A stretch of 64,000 bases of DNA from an uncultured bacterium. Lineage in GTDB: Bacteria > Patescibacteriota > Minisyncoccia > CAIUEV01. The notes below the pieces were generated by a model, which was not told the origin of the DNA, did no database searches, and saw only the letters and a program-made list of their open reading frames with translations. Every line of letters begins with the position of its first letter. Within the stretch, counting starts at the first letter, position 1. This document shows positions 48,578-57,843 of the stretch, piece after piece. The DNA is taken from assembly GCA_937952315.1 (NCBI GenBank), contig CALFZX010000016.1, positions 14,969 through 78,968 on the forward strand. Reading direction: 5' to 3'. A program made the translations under genes and the position numbers.

Positions 48578-49552
48578 TTATTCCCATCCTGAATCCCAAC
48601 CTCCTCCGTCCCAACCGGAATCCCAACCTGAATCCCAACCACCGTCATCCCATCCTGAATCCCAACCGCCATCATCCCATCCTGAATCCCAACCGCCGTC
48701 CCAACCGGAATCCCAAGAATCCCAGCCGCCATCCCATCCACTGTCATCCCAACCACTGTCCCAACCGGAATCCCAGCCGCTATCCCAACCGCCGTCCCAA
48801 CCGGAATCCCAAGAACCCCAGTCGGTGTCCCAACTGTCATTTGGCCAGCCGCTGTCCCAACCGTTATCACTCCAGCCACTGTCCCAACCGTTATCACTCC
48901 AGCCACTGTCCCAACCGTCTCCGCTCCAACCTGAGTTCCAGTTAGATCCAGAACCCGAATAGCCACTTCCACTTGTTCCGCCGGAGCTTTTTCCGCCTCC
49001 GCCGCTACTACCGCCGGAAGATCCTTTAGATCCGGAAGCGTAGTTGTAAGGTTTAGATGAAGAGGAAGAAGCCTTCTTTATATCATTGTAACTGTTATAT
49101 TTATTATACTTATTATATTTATTATACTTAGTGTAAGTATTATATTTTTTAGCACTGTTTTGCTTGTAAGTTTTTTTATTTGTCTTACAGCTTTCCGTTT
49201 GACAACCGCCGGAATAACCACTCACTAAATCTTTGATGTTGTTGACTAAGTCAACATTGATATCATTTGTGTTAGTGGGATAATTATTGTTAGTCGCCGT
49301 GGCTGTGTTGTTGATAGTGATCGGCGCTCCAGTGACGGTTGTAGTGGTAGTGACCGGAGCCGGAGCAGGTGCTGGTGCCGGAGCAGGGGCGGGGGCTGGT
49401 GCCGGAGCAGGGGCCGGTTGAGCCGGTAAGGTTAAATTGATTAAAAGGTCATCATGCTTACTGGGACTTTTAGCTAGAGCATTGGTTGCCGGAGCAATAG
49501 AAGTTCCCGCTAAAACCAAACTTAGAGGCACGGAAATTAAATACTTTTTCAT
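48578..49552 (-). CDS. secreted repeat protein, module copy 1: signal peptide, (PA)n linker, N/T-rich region, KYN repeats, G/S tract, long [GWDSGWD]-type Asp/Gly/Trp tandem-repeat C-terminus
   Basis: MKKYLISVPLSLVLAGTSIAPATNALA|KSPSKHDDLLINLTLPAQPAPAPAPAPAPAPAPAPAPV...INNTATATNNNYPTNTND...KYNTYTKYNKYNKYNKYNSYN...GGSSGGGGKSSGG...GWDSGWSDNGWDSGW...GGGWDSGWE. The nucleotide tandem repeats are visible at 48590-48960. Confidence 0.55.
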   Translation of the reverse strand: MKKYLISVPLSLVLAGTSIAPATNALAKSPSKHDDLLINLTLPAQPAPAPAPAPAPAPAPAPAPAPVTTTTTVTGAPITINNTATATNNNYPTNTNDINVDLVNNIKDLVSGYSGGCQTESCKTNKKTYKQNSAKKYNTYTKYNKYNKYNKYNSYNDIKKASSSSSKPYNYASGSKGSSGGSSGGGGKSSGGTSGSGYSGSGSNWNSGWSGDGWDSGWSDNGWDSGWSDNGWDSGWPNDSWDTDWGSWDSGWDGGWDSGWDSGWDSGWDDSGWDGGWDSWDSGWDGGWDSGWDDGGWDSGWDDGGWDSGWDSGWDGGGWDSGWE

Positions 49553-49690
49553 GTTAGGTCTAATTACTTTTTTAATTCTTTATAATTGTACAAAAAAAAA
49601 TAATCGTCAAATTTTTTGACGATTTTAAACAATTAGTATAAAAGGAGTTAAAAGCTCTTTGAAATTTGATTACAAAAAAGGAGAGGAAAG

Positions 49691-50107
49691 ATGAAAAAAA
49701 TATTTTTTTTCGGAGTAGCGTTAGTTTTCTCTATGACGATCTTTGCGGTTTTGGCTTTCTCGGCCGGAACTTATCGGGTCGATTACGGAGCGACGGAAAT
49801 TAAGGTTACCATGTCCGGTGACTTTACTCTCGACGAGTTAAAGGCCGCCGCTCGAGCTGCTGCCAAGGAGATTGCGCAAAAGGCCGGTTCTCAGGGATAT
49901 GTCCAGGATGGTCCTGTGACATATCAGATGGGAGACGGTATATATGTAATACACCCAGATGGATCGGAGAGGCTTATGAACGCGGTAAAAATTTATCGCG
50001 TGAAACAGAGGCCTAAACCTCAACCGCCTCGACAACCACCCGGCCCCACTAATCGTCCACCTTCCGGTGACCGACCACCGTCAAGTGGCCAATCGGCCGC
50101 TTGGTAA
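49691..50107 (+). CDS. small membrane-anchored protein, module copy 2, with Pro-rich C-terminal tail
   Basis: Signal peptide/anchor MKKIFFFGVALVFSMTIFAVLAFSAG, a domain homologous to 48123..48506, and a tail QRPKPQPPRQPPGPTNRPPSGDRPPSSG. Confidence 0.45.
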   Translation: MKKIFFFGVALVFSMTIFAVLAFSAGTYRVDYGATEIKVTMSGDFTLDELKAAARAAAKEIAQKAGSQGYVQDGPVTYQMGDGIYVIHPDGSERLMNAVKIYRVKQRPKPQPPRQPPGPTNRPPSGDRPPSSGQSAAW

Positions 50108-50146
50108 CTTCCTTTTATTTTTATTGTATTGTACCTTATTTTCAAC

Positions 50147-50182
50147 CCGAAGACTTAATTGTCCTCGGGTTTTTTCTTTTTA
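50147..50182 (+). terminator. rho-independent terminator after 49691..50107
   Basis: AACCCGAAGAC-TTAATT-GTCCTCGGGTTTTTTCTTTTT. Confidence 0.5.
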
Positions 50183-50185
50183 AAT

Positions 50186-50218
50186 AAAAAAACCGAGGAA
50201 AGAATCCCCGGTCTTTTT
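50186..50218 (-). terminator. rho-independent terminator after 50239..50967 (minus strand)
   Basis: The plus strand reads AAAAAACCGAGGAAAGAATCCCCGGTCTTTTTT. The hairpin ACCGAGG/CCCCGGT has A- and T-runs on both sides. Confidence 0.45.
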
Positions 50219-50238
50219 TCCTGCCGTAAAAAAACAAT

Positions 50239-50967
50239 CTAGATGCTGTAGGTTGACTGTTCGGTCGTTGTAGAGCTTCCATTCCCGTTGTCTCCACTGC
50301 CACTGTTCCATTCATTAGATTGCATATAATTGAAAGCATCGTCCCATCCGGTGTCCCAACCGTTGCTCCAACCATCATCCCAAGCGCTATTCCATTCGCT
50401 TTCCCAGTCTATATTTTCGTAATTTGTGTTATTCCCGTTACTGCCATTCCATTCATTTTCCCAATTATAATTGGCATAATCGGTATAGGTTGAACCGTCT
50501 TGATACGGACCCCAAACCCATTCATAATTACTGAAGTCATTGTTAAAATAATATTTCTTGGGGGTGGCAACGGGACCGTTGGTTTTTCTCTGGTTGCTAC
50601 TTTGGCCATAGTCAGTCCAAGAGGTCTTATAGGGATAAGCTTTACTTTTTGCCTCTTTACATTTTTCAGCGGACATTTCTTTCACTAAATCCTTAATACT
50701 GTTAATCAGATCCAAATCAATGTTGTTCGTGTTGACCGGGTAATTATTGTTTGTCGCGGTGGCCGTGTTGTTGATTATAATCGGTGTCGGCTCGGCTACC
50801 GGAGCCGGAGCCGGTGCCGGGGCTGGGGCTGGTTGAGCCGGTAAAGCTACATTAATAACCAAGTCATCGTGTTTACTCGGACTTTTTGCCAAAGCGAGAC
50901 TACCTTCCAGCCAGAGACCTCCCGCTAAGACGGTCGCTAAAATTGTTGATAGCAAATACTTTTTCAT
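50239..50967 (-). CDS. secreted repeat protein, module copy 2 (paralog of 48578..49552) with W/N/D/G-rich C-terminus
   Basis: MKKYLLSTILATVLAGGLWLEGSLALA|KSPSKHDDLVINVALPAQPAPAPAPAPAPV...INNTATATNNNYPVNTNNIDLDLINSIKDLV... then W-rich repeats (NEWNSAWDDGWSNGWDTGWDD). The first ~110 aa are ~80% identical to copy 1. Confidence 0.55.
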   Translation of the reverse strand: MKKYLLSTILATVLAGGLWLEGSLALAKSPSKHDDLVINVALPAQPAPAPAPAPAPVAEPTPIIINNTATATNNNYPVNTNNIDLDLINSIKDLVKEMSAEKCKEAKSKAYPYKTSWTDYGQSSNQRKTNGPVATPKKYYFNNDFSNYEWVWGPYQDGSTYTDYANYNWENEWNGSNGNNTNYENIDWESEWNSAWDDGWSNGWDTGWDDAFNYMQSNEWNSGSGDNGNGSSTTTEQSTYSI

Positions 50968-51115
50968 AAATAATAATTTAAATTTTAACCCCAGATGTTT
51001 GTTGAAATAAAAAAAATTGTCAATAGTTTTTAGTTAAATACTAAAAAATCACTCCTAGAAAGGGTTTTAGACATTAAAAAACCGCACGATTTTATTTCGT
51101 ACGGTTTTTTTTAAT

Positions 51116-51691
51116 TTATTCTCTCCATAAGTCGGAGCCGAGAAAAATTCTTTGGTTGTTCAAATCTTCAATTCGTTTATCCTCTCTTAGAATATAAAGC
51201 TTACCTAACTGGAAAATTTTTTCCTCTTTTTGATAAACGATTTCGATTAAGGCAATCTCTCCTTCGCCAAAGTAAGGTGGCCTGGAGGCGGTTTTTGATT
51301 GATCAAAATTTAAGTAACTCTTTTCGTCGTCAAAAACTTTAATGACTAGTCCGTCAAAACTTCTGAAAGAGCCAAAATTTTTTGAATCAACGAAAGAAGT
51401 TATACCCCTGACCAAAACCGGTTTTGCTAAATTCTTTGAGATGAACTGCCAAGAGTTCTGGTTTTTGATACCGGAAATGCGCTGGCCGAACCAAACTTGA
51501 CCCAGAGTGTCATATCCCTTTATCTCCAAAAAATTATCCGATTCAATAAGGATCTCCTTCTTTGCCACTTCATTTGCTTCCTTGGCGTGCAAATTGCCTT
51601 GCGAAAATATCATTCCAAGAGCAGAAGCAAGGACCAATAGAAAGAATACTTCCCAAGCGTTCCTCGTCAGAATTCTGACTAGAAAGTTCAT
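51116..51691 (-). CDS. hypothetical protein with N-terminal TM anchor
   Basis: 191-aa ORF with an N-terminal hydrophobic segment (VFFLLVLASALGMIF). No family recognised. Confidence 0.35.
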   Translation of the reverse strand: MNFLVRILTRNAWEVFFLLVLASALGMIFSQGNLHAKEANEVAKKEILIESDNFLEIKGYDTLGQVWFGQRISGIKNQNSWQFISKNLAKPVLVRGITSFVDSKNFGSFRSFDGLVIKVFDDEKSYLNFDQSKTASRPPYFGEGEIALIEIVYQKEEKIFQLGKLYILREDKRIEDLNNQRIFLGSDLWRE

Positions 51692-51746
51692 AGCGAGCCT
51701 CCTTTAATTTAAAAGAACTTTTTTCAAGATGCATCTAAAAATTAAA

Positions 51747-52631
51747 TTAAGCAAGTGTTTTAAGACCGATAACTATAATTTGGATCGTTGCTTTAAGCGA
51801 CGGTGATTTAGAGACCGATTCAAGCTGGCGGAATATTTCAAAAAAATCTCTAATCAGGGCTAAGCGATCTTCCAAACGATTTAAATCTCGGTTAAGAATA
51901 TTTTTTCGCAGTTTGTTTTTTTCTTCCAAAATAACCAGACGAATAAAGTCGGACGCTTTTTGGGGTTGATCTTTGAATAATTTATCTATTTTTTTGTAAA
52001 TTTCAGCTGTGTCTTGGTTTAAAGCTTCTAAATAGAATTCTTTCAGCTCTCGCCAGTGAGAAAAGTTTTTTTTGATTGAATCGATTTTGACCGGATCTTC
52101 TTCCGACCAAATATTAATTTCTTCTCGGTCCGATCCGTTATTTATTGACGAGGTGGTTTGATGATTCGATTGGCGATTTTCTAAGTGTTGACACCGGGAA
52201 ACGATTGTGGGTAAAAGTTGGTTTTTAAACGATACTCCCAGAAGAAAGAAACAGGCTTTGGGTGGTTCCTCCAGTGCCTTGAGAAGGGCATTTTGGGAAT
52301 TTATATTCATCAAATCAGCTCGAGGAATAAAGACCAGCCGACACCTTAATCGTTGTTTGCCCAAACTGATTTTTTGCAAGGCTTCTCTAATCTGGTCAAT
52401 AACGATAGTTTTTCTCTTTTTTTCATTTTCTATCCAAACAACATCGGAATTCTCCTTTATGCTATCGATAGAAGGATCTGAACAGTTTTTATCAACAAGC
52501 AAAAATATTTTTTTGGCCAGCTGAATCCAGTCTGATGAATCGAGACCGGTAAGGATCAAGGCTTGACTGTTTATAATTTCTTTGTCGAAAAAAACTTTTT
52601 CGATTTTTAATTCGAATGATTCGGTAAGCAC
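51747..52631 (-). CDS. holB: DNA polymerase III delta' subunit-like (clamp-loader AAA+ fold, degenerate)
   Basis: Sensor-1/arginine-finger region NSQNALLKALEEPPKACFFLLGVSFKNQLLPTIVSRCQHL matches the delta'/gamma clamp-loader motifs (ANALLKTLEEPP, TIxSRC). Confidence 0.55.
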   Translation of the reverse strand: MLTESFELKIEKVFFDKEIINSQALILTGLDSSDWIQLAKKIFLLVDKNCSDPSIDSIKENSDVVWIENEKKRKTIVIDQIREALQKISLGKQRLRCRLVFIPRADLMNINSQNALLKALEEPPKACFFLLGVSFKNQLLPTIVSRCQHLENRQSNHQTTSSINNGSDREEINIWSEEDPVKIDSIKKNFSHWRELKEFYLEALNQDTAEIYKKIDKLFKDQPQKASDFIRLVILEEKNKLRKNILNRDLNRLEDRLALIRDFFEIFRQLESVSKSPSLKATIQIIVIGLKTLA

Positions 52632-52659
52632 ACCTTTCGTTTAAAAGCTGATAAAAAGA

Positions 52660-54456
52660 TTATTTCTCGGGTACAAAATAAACAAGGATGGAGTACCCAA
52701 TCTGATCAACCGGCTTATAGTAATCGGTTAACCAATGGTAGTTTCCCTTTTCTTCCGGATTTAAAGTGTTCCATTGGATAGCGCTGGCCGAAATGGCAAA
52801 CCAGCCGGTAGAGGGCTTTCTGTCAAAACCCCAGTATTCATAACGGTTGGGCAAATAATAATCTAAATCTCCGCCACCGAAATAGTCAATTTTAATATGA
52901 TTAATCTTCTTTTTATCCATAAATTGTTTTAAGCGAATCAAATCTTGGCCCCAATCGACATTCGAATCAACCATGTATTTCCATCCTTCCTTCGGCCCGC
53001 CCTTAATTTCGTTAAAATAGGGCAAATAGCTGGGGAAAACTGTTAAGTTACTCCCTAAATACCAAAGCATCAAAATCAGAAAAGCTCCGATGTTTGTCCA
53101 ATAAAACCCGATTCTCTTTTCTCTGTCCAACGATTTTTCAAACTGCCAGAGCATAATGGCGGTGAACATATAAATAAAGGGAAATACCGGCAGAATATAA
53201 CGAATACCGAGTTGAAGCTTGTTGGTTGAAGCTAGAATAAAAACAAAGCTGGCAAAAACAAAATATCCGATTATAACTGCATTTTCTCTCATCCAAAGCA
53301 GAAAAATTTTTGTTTTGTCTTGGTTTTTGCGATGAAAAAAATGATAAGCGCCAAAACCGAAGATCATAATGGCAAAATAGAAAAGAATCTGAGCGGCAAT
53401 CGGCTCTTTAAGCCAGTAAGCGAAAACGAAATAGTCGGGCCAATGAGTGCCGACTTCTCCAAAAAAGTAAGTGGTGTGGCCACCGGTAGTGTGAGAAGAA
53501 ACCATCAGGAAACCGAGTAAATATTGAGCATAAGGTCGAAGAAAAGAAATATCGGTCATCCAGTGAAGTTTGGTATTAAAGCCCAGTCCGGCCAAATCAG
53601 AATCTTTTATCGAAACATCAATCAATTCGTGTTGTGCTTCTACCGGCATATTCCAAATAAAGACCTGATACCAAAAACCCACTAATAAATAGCCGATAAC
53701 CATAATGGTGCAGACTTTTGCCAGTTCCTTTCCGATTTCTTGGAGCGTGTTAATTATTTTACCTTTGCGATAAGCCCCCAAACCGTAAATAAAGGCGATG
53801 AAAAGAAAAGTCGGAATAAGCAAAAAGACGGAAAATTTGGCGAGCTGAGCCAGACCGAAAACTACGCCCGCCCACAGAAGATTTTTCCAAGTGGGATTTT
53901 CCAAGTATAAATAATAGGCGTAGAGAGCAAAAATGGCAAAGGCGGTGATGCCCATATCGGTTGTAATGAAGCGACCGTGAGCCATTAAATTGGGGGAAAA
54001 GAGAAAGAGAGCCAAAGCGATTAAAGCCGCCTCTCGTCGTTTAGTAATTTTTTCGGTGAAACGATAGAGAAAGAAACCGCCCAGTAAAAAGATTAAAATC
54101 ATTGGTAACCTTCCCCAGAAGAGCATTCCGTCGGCATCGTTTCCGTATTTATAAAGAAATTTATTGCCTAAATCCCACTGATCGTTAATCGGTTTTTGCC
54201 AAGAGGGATCGTATTCCGGAAAGTAAATATCCATAAAAAGCAATGGCAATGCGGCTAGTTGCTTGATTAGGGGAGGATGCTCGGGATTTATCCGATAATC
54301 TTGTTTCGTCCAATAGGAATAGCCGGCCACAATGTGGGGCATTTCATCACGAATTGAAGAATCGTTCCAGACGCTTCCAACGGCCAGAAAACCGGCTCCG
54401 AGCATCATCACAAACGCCAGATAATGTGTCTTTAGTAAATTTTTCCAAAATCGCAT
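52660..54456 (-). CDS. GT-C family glycosyltransferase (ArnT/PMT-like, GT39/83-type), second copy in window
   Basis: 598 aa with ~12 TM helices. First-loop motif NDSSIRDEMPH (DE motif), and GRLPMILIFLLGGFFLYRFTEKITKRREAALIALALFLFSP typical of the ArnT/PMT_2 core. Confidence 0.6.
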   Translation of the reverse strand: MRFWKNLLKTHYLAFVMMLGAGFLAVGSVWNDSSIRDEMPHIVAGYSYWTKQDYRINPEHPPLIKQLAALPLLFMDIYFPEYDPSWQKPINDQWDLGNKFLYKYGNDADGMLFWGRLPMILIFLLGGFFLYRFTEKITKRREAALIALALFLFSPNLMAHGRFITTDMGITAFAIFALYAYYLYLENPTWKNLLWAGVVFGLAQLAKFSVFLLIPTFLFIAFIYGLGAYRKGKIINTLQEIGKELAKVCTIMVIGYLLVGFWYQVFIWNMPVEAQHELIDVSIKDSDLAGLGFNTKLHWMTDISFLRPYAQYLLGFLMVSSHTTGGHTTYFFGEVGTHWPDYFVFAYWLKEPIAAQILFYFAIMIFGFGAYHFFHRKNQDKTKIFLLWMRENAVIIGYFVFASFVFILASTNKLQLGIRYILPVFPFIYMFTAIMLWQFEKSLDREKRIGFYWTNIGAFLILMLWYLGSNLTVFPSYLPYFNEIKGGPKEGWKYMVDSNVDWGQDLIRLKQFMDKKKINHIKIDYFGGGDLDYYLPNRYEYWGFDRKPSTGWFAISASAIQWNTLNPEEKGNYHWLTDYYKPVDQIGYSILVYFVPEK

Positions 54457-54537
54457 TTTGTTTTTTTAAATTAAGTTTAAGAACAAAAATCCTTAACTAA
54501 TTTTAAGGCTTTTTTTCGGTTAAGCAAAATGCGCGAA

Positions 54538-55551
54538 TCAAATCATCTGTTTTTTAAAATTCTCTACCATTCTGACGGGGGTGGGATCCTGTTTGTTGTT
54601 GATAGCCAGATAATAAGAAGCTAGACAGCCTAGTTGGATGATTGAAAAAATCCTTAAAATTGTTTCGCCGATTGGAATATCTATCGAGATTGATTTTATT
54701 TTAGATTTTTTTAGTAATTTTTCGGTTAGATTCATTCTTTTTAGATTTCCGGGATGATCTTTGGGATCTCTAAGCATTATAATTTCAAATTTTGCGTTGG
54801 GACGAGTAAAACCGACCATTTCATTATGGTTCAGCTCAGGGAAAAAATTCCAGAAGGCGGGCGTTTTTCCATTTTCATTGATCATTATTTTCCAGATCAA
54901 AGCTATCTCTTTCCAACTTTCGGAAGAATAAATTAGCGGTGTTTTAGCGTTTATTCGAGTGGCAATGGCTTTTCCCCGTTTATTGAAAGAGACAAAGTCC
55001 CGACTTATTTTTTCAGCTGTTTTGCGTAAATTTTCGATTTTGACATTGATTATTTTCAGGTGAGCCAATAAGCCGAGCAGAGCGCCAAGAGTGTAGCCCA
55101 GAGCCATTCGAGGTTGAATACCGCCGGGGATTTTTATCAAGGGTAAATTTTTTTTCAGGGCAATTTTTTCCAATTTCCCGCCACTGGTCATGATTAAAAT
55201 GGGAACTTTCAATTTTAAGCCGTCTTTTAGAGCTGCAAGGGTTTCCTCCGTATTGCCTGAGTAGGATGAAAAAACATAAAGTTTATCGGTGCTTGGAAAT
55301 TGTGAGGCTAAATTATAATTTCGATTAATTTTGACTTCAAAGGATTGAGAGCTTTTTTCCTGTCTCAAAAATAATTTGATCAATTCGCCCGGTAGAGCCG
55401 AACCGCCCATTCCGCTGAGAATCATCCCGTTCAGTTTTCGATCCAATTTTAAGTCGTCGGCCAGCTTAAAGCCGATCAAAAGCTGATTGGGAGAGTTTTT
55501 TATCACTTCAAGAAGATTTTCTTTATCAAAAACTGCTTCGGCTTTTGTCAT
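54538..55551 (-). CDS. bifunctional phosphoglucose/phosphomannose isomerase (SIS-domain, archaeal-type PGI/PMI)
   Basis: Two SIS-like halves (GMILSGMGGSALPGELI...VFSSYSGNTEETL...; PLIYSSESWKEIALIWK...NHNEMVG). 337 aa. Confidence 0.65.
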   Translation of the reverse strand: MTKAEAVFDKENLLEVIKNSPNQLLIGFKLADDLKLDRKLNGMILSGMGGSALPGELIKLFLRQEKSSQSFEVKINRNYNLASQFPSTDKLYVFSSYSGNTEETLAALKDGLKLKVPILIMTSGGKLEKIALKKNLPLIKIPGGIQPRMALGYTLGALLGLLAHLKIINVKIENLRKTAEKISRDFVSFNKRGKAIATRINAKTPLIYSSESWKEIALIWKIMINENGKTPAFWNFFPELNHNEMVGFTRPNAKFEIIMLRDPKDHPGNLKRMNLTEKLLKKSKIKSISIDIPIGETILRIFSIIQLGCLASYYLAINNKQDPTPVRMVENFKKQMI

Positions 55552-55595
55552 AATTCTTCTTTAAATTTTATTTTTTTGTGTGAACAATTTATCGG

Positions 55596-55669
55596 GGTGG
55601 CAGATGGGGCTCGAACCCACGACGACTCGCTCCACAGGCGAGCGCTCTACCAACTGAGCTACTGCCACC
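55596..55669 (-). tRNA. tRNA-His (GUG) with encoded G-1
   Basis: The minus strand reads G-GTGGCAGTAGCTCAGTTGGTAGAGCGCTCGCCTGTGGAGCGAGTCGTCGTGGGTTCGAGCCCCATCTGCCACC-C. Anticodon loop is CTGTGGA, and the extra 5' G pairs with discriminator C73, which is diagnostic for His. Confidence 0.8.
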
Positions 55670-55710
55670 ATAAGGCCAGACTAGCAGAATTAATTGAAGT
55701 TGAAAAGATT

Positions 55711-56013
55711 TTATCTGTTAGGGTGCTCGGAAAGGCGAATCAATGAAGAAAAATCATCGTTGGCGGAGGCCTTGTTCTTTTTTATTTTAAAGCATTTTTG
55801 GCATTGGTGAACGATAATGAATCTTCCTTTTTTGCGATCAAGTCCGATCGGTTTCATCGGACCGTTACATTCGGAGGCGCGGTCACCCGGATGATTGTCA
55901 ACATGCTTGCTCCATAAGCATTCGGGGCAATGATTGGTGTAACCGTTGCCGAAAACGAATTTTCCGCAATTGAGACAAACAAAGTTTTCTCTTCTTCGAG
56001 TAAATTTTTTCAT
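55711..56013 (-). CDS. RNHCP-domain zinc-finger protein
   Basis: RRRENFVCLNCGKFV...GYTNHCPECLWSKHVD...IVHQCQKCFK carries the RNHCP signature (R..NHCP.CL.S.H) with four Cys pairs. Confidence 0.55.
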   Translation of the reverse strand: MKKFTRRRENFVCLNCGKFVFGNGYTNHCPECLWSKHVDNHPGDRASECNGPMKPIGLDRKKGRFIIVHQCQKCFKIKKNKASANDDFSSLIRLSEHPNR

Positions 56014-56122
56014 AGATTATTTTTTGGTTGCTTTTAACGGTAATTTATGCTACACTCTGAAAATCAGAGCACTTTGTCACCCTATCTTAAGGCCAAAATT
56101 TAAATAAAAAAAGGAGGGTATT

Positions 56123-56659
56123 TTGGCGGAAAAGAATTTTCTTGAAGTTATATCGGATGATCGACAGTTTTGGTTTAGAATATTTGCTCCCATTGTAGTT
56201 CTTTACTTTGTGGTAACGCTAGTGATTGTCGAAGGGGTATTTGGAGCGGAGATTGATTGCAAAAGAGACATCGGACTTTGGATTGAAGAATTGGAGAAAA
56301 ATCCTCAAAATCACCGTGAGGCGATTTCAAACATCCAAGCCAAGGCGAATGAATGTAGAATCGACTTGGAAAAGGAATTTCAATTTTCTTTTCAAAAGCT
56401 GATGATATTAAGAAAAAAAGGGGCAAGTATCAATGTGGCTAATTTTATTCAGGGACTAAGAAGCAATCCCCCTGACGAAGAAAAAGCCATGCTTGTCGAT
56501 CTGTTGATTGAGGAAATGAAGGTCTCCGGTTTGAGATTGTCTGATTTGTTTGATGAATTGTCCTTAAGACAAGCTCGTTATTCGATTCAAAAAGCACTCA
56601 AAGGTTACAAGTTCACCAGTCCTCAAGAACAATTGGAGGCCTACAAATTGATATTTTGA
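56123..56659 (+). CDS. hypothetical membrane protein
   Basis: 178-aa ORF with an N-terminal TM (FWFRIFAPIVVLYFVVTLVIV). Confidence 0.3.
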   Translation: MAEKNFLEVISDDRQFWFRIFAPIVVLYFVVTLVIVEGVFGAEIDCKRDIGLWIEELEKNPQNHREAISNIQAKANECRIDLEKEFQFSFQKLMILRKKGASINVANFIQGLRSNPPDEEKAMLVDLLIEEMKVSGLRLSDLFDELSLRQARYSIQKALKGYKFTSPQEQLEAYKLIF

Positions 56660-56705
56660 TGCCCATAATTTCAAGTGACAAGTCTCTGTTTAAGACCGAA
56701 ATAGC

Positions 56706-57551
56706 TTAGCTTTTCGGTCTTTTTTTCTTTTTATTTCCGTTTAGATTCGCGATGATTTTTTCGCGCATTTCTTTCAATGATAAAGCAATCAGTGCCAAAC
56801 CGTAACCGATGAATAAATATCCGCCCGTCCAGAGCAGATCTATTTTAGTTACCCAAAAGTCATTCTGCATGTAAGCTTCTTCGTAAATAGAAAAAATCAC
56901 ATCCGCAATCAGAGTTAAAAAAATACCGGCCAAAATTGATAGCCAGGGAGCGAAAAGTTTTCCTTGTCGATAATCGACAATCACGAAAATAATCAGTAAA
57001 CCGGCAAACAGAAGAATCAAATCGCTCAATCCGTAAAAAATGGAAAAGACATTTGAGATGGCGTCGTCTTCCGGGTTAAAGGCGGAATAAACTCCGAAAT
57101 AAAACACGAGTAAACCCAAGATTGTTGCTATTGCAATAATCGGCAAAGTCCTTTGACTCTTCCAGCGAATTTTTCCAATCCGAATTTCTTTGACTAAACC
57201 GATAAAAAGCAACGGATAGGCCAGGATAAAAAAAATATCCGCTATCGACGGATAAGGCTTCTCCAATGAAAAAAAGTCCAGAAAGACCCAGGTCGCTTCG
57301 GCAATGAACCAAAGAAAGAGGCCGGTAGAAAAATACAATAAAACTTGGCCTCTTGGATGTTTAAAACCGTAAAGTTTAACGACTAAAAGACCGACCAAGG
57401 TGGCTATTAATGCCGAAAAAACATAGAGAGTGTCTGGGAGCAGGCTCTTTCCTCCGGTGACCAGAACCGTCAGAAGAAAAAATATGAAGTATCCGCCGAA
57501 GAAAAGAGCTATTTGATTTTTAATCGAGATAAAATTTAATTTGATTTTCAT
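56706..57551 (-). CDS. hypothetical polytopic membrane protein (~8 TM)
   Basis: 281 aa, highly hydrophobic, ending in a basic tail NGNKKKKRPKS. Confidence 0.4.
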   Translation of the reverse strand: MKIKLNFISIKNQIALFFGGYFIFFLLTVLVTGGKSLLPDTLYVFSALIATLVGLLVVKLYGFKHPRGQVLLYFSTGLFLWFIAEATWVFLDFFSLEKPYPSIADIFFILAYPLLFIGLVKEIRIGKIRWKSQRTLPIIAIATILGLLVFYFGVYSAFNPEDDAISNVFSIFYGLSDLILLFAGLLIIFVIVDYRQGKLFAPWLSILAGIFLTLIADVIFSIYEEAYMQNDFWVTKIDLLWTGGYLFIGYGLALIALSLKEMREKIIANLNGNKKKKRPKS

Positions 57552-57778
57552 ATGTTATTTTTTAGATCTTTAATCTCCAGTTGGGCTTTATCCGGACCAA
57601 CCAGCTCCGTCAGAGATTCTTCCAAGGAACTGAGAATTTCTTTTTCCGCTTTATCCTTGAGGCCGGCACGATAAAGTTGGGCCGTTCCGCTACCAAAATT
57701 CAGGTAAACTATTTTACAGGCTTCTTCAATCAAGCTCTTTTTTGGGCTATTTTCTTCGGATGAGCTTATCGGATCCAT
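57548..57778 (-). CDS. hypothetical small protein (76 aa), start/stop-overlapped (ATGA) with the downstream membrane-protein gene
   Basis: ORF only. The 4-nt overlap suggests translational coupling. Confidence 0.3.
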   Translation of the reverse strand: MDPISSSEENSPKKSLIEEACKIVYLNFGSGTAQLYRAGLKDKAEKEILSSLEESLTELVGPDKAQLEIKDLKNNI

Positions 57779-57843
57779 TTTTTATTTTTATTGTTTTAGA
57801 TTTCTTCGACAAGTATTATCTAATTTTATTTTATTTTTGACAA

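Noticed and set aside
48513-48972. Plus-strand ORF 48513..48962 (PESQPPSSH repeats) and minus-strand ORF 48574..48972
   Set aside because: They are alternative frames over the DNA tandem repeats of the GW-repeat gene 48578..49552. The long minus-strand frame, which has a signal peptide, is the coding one.
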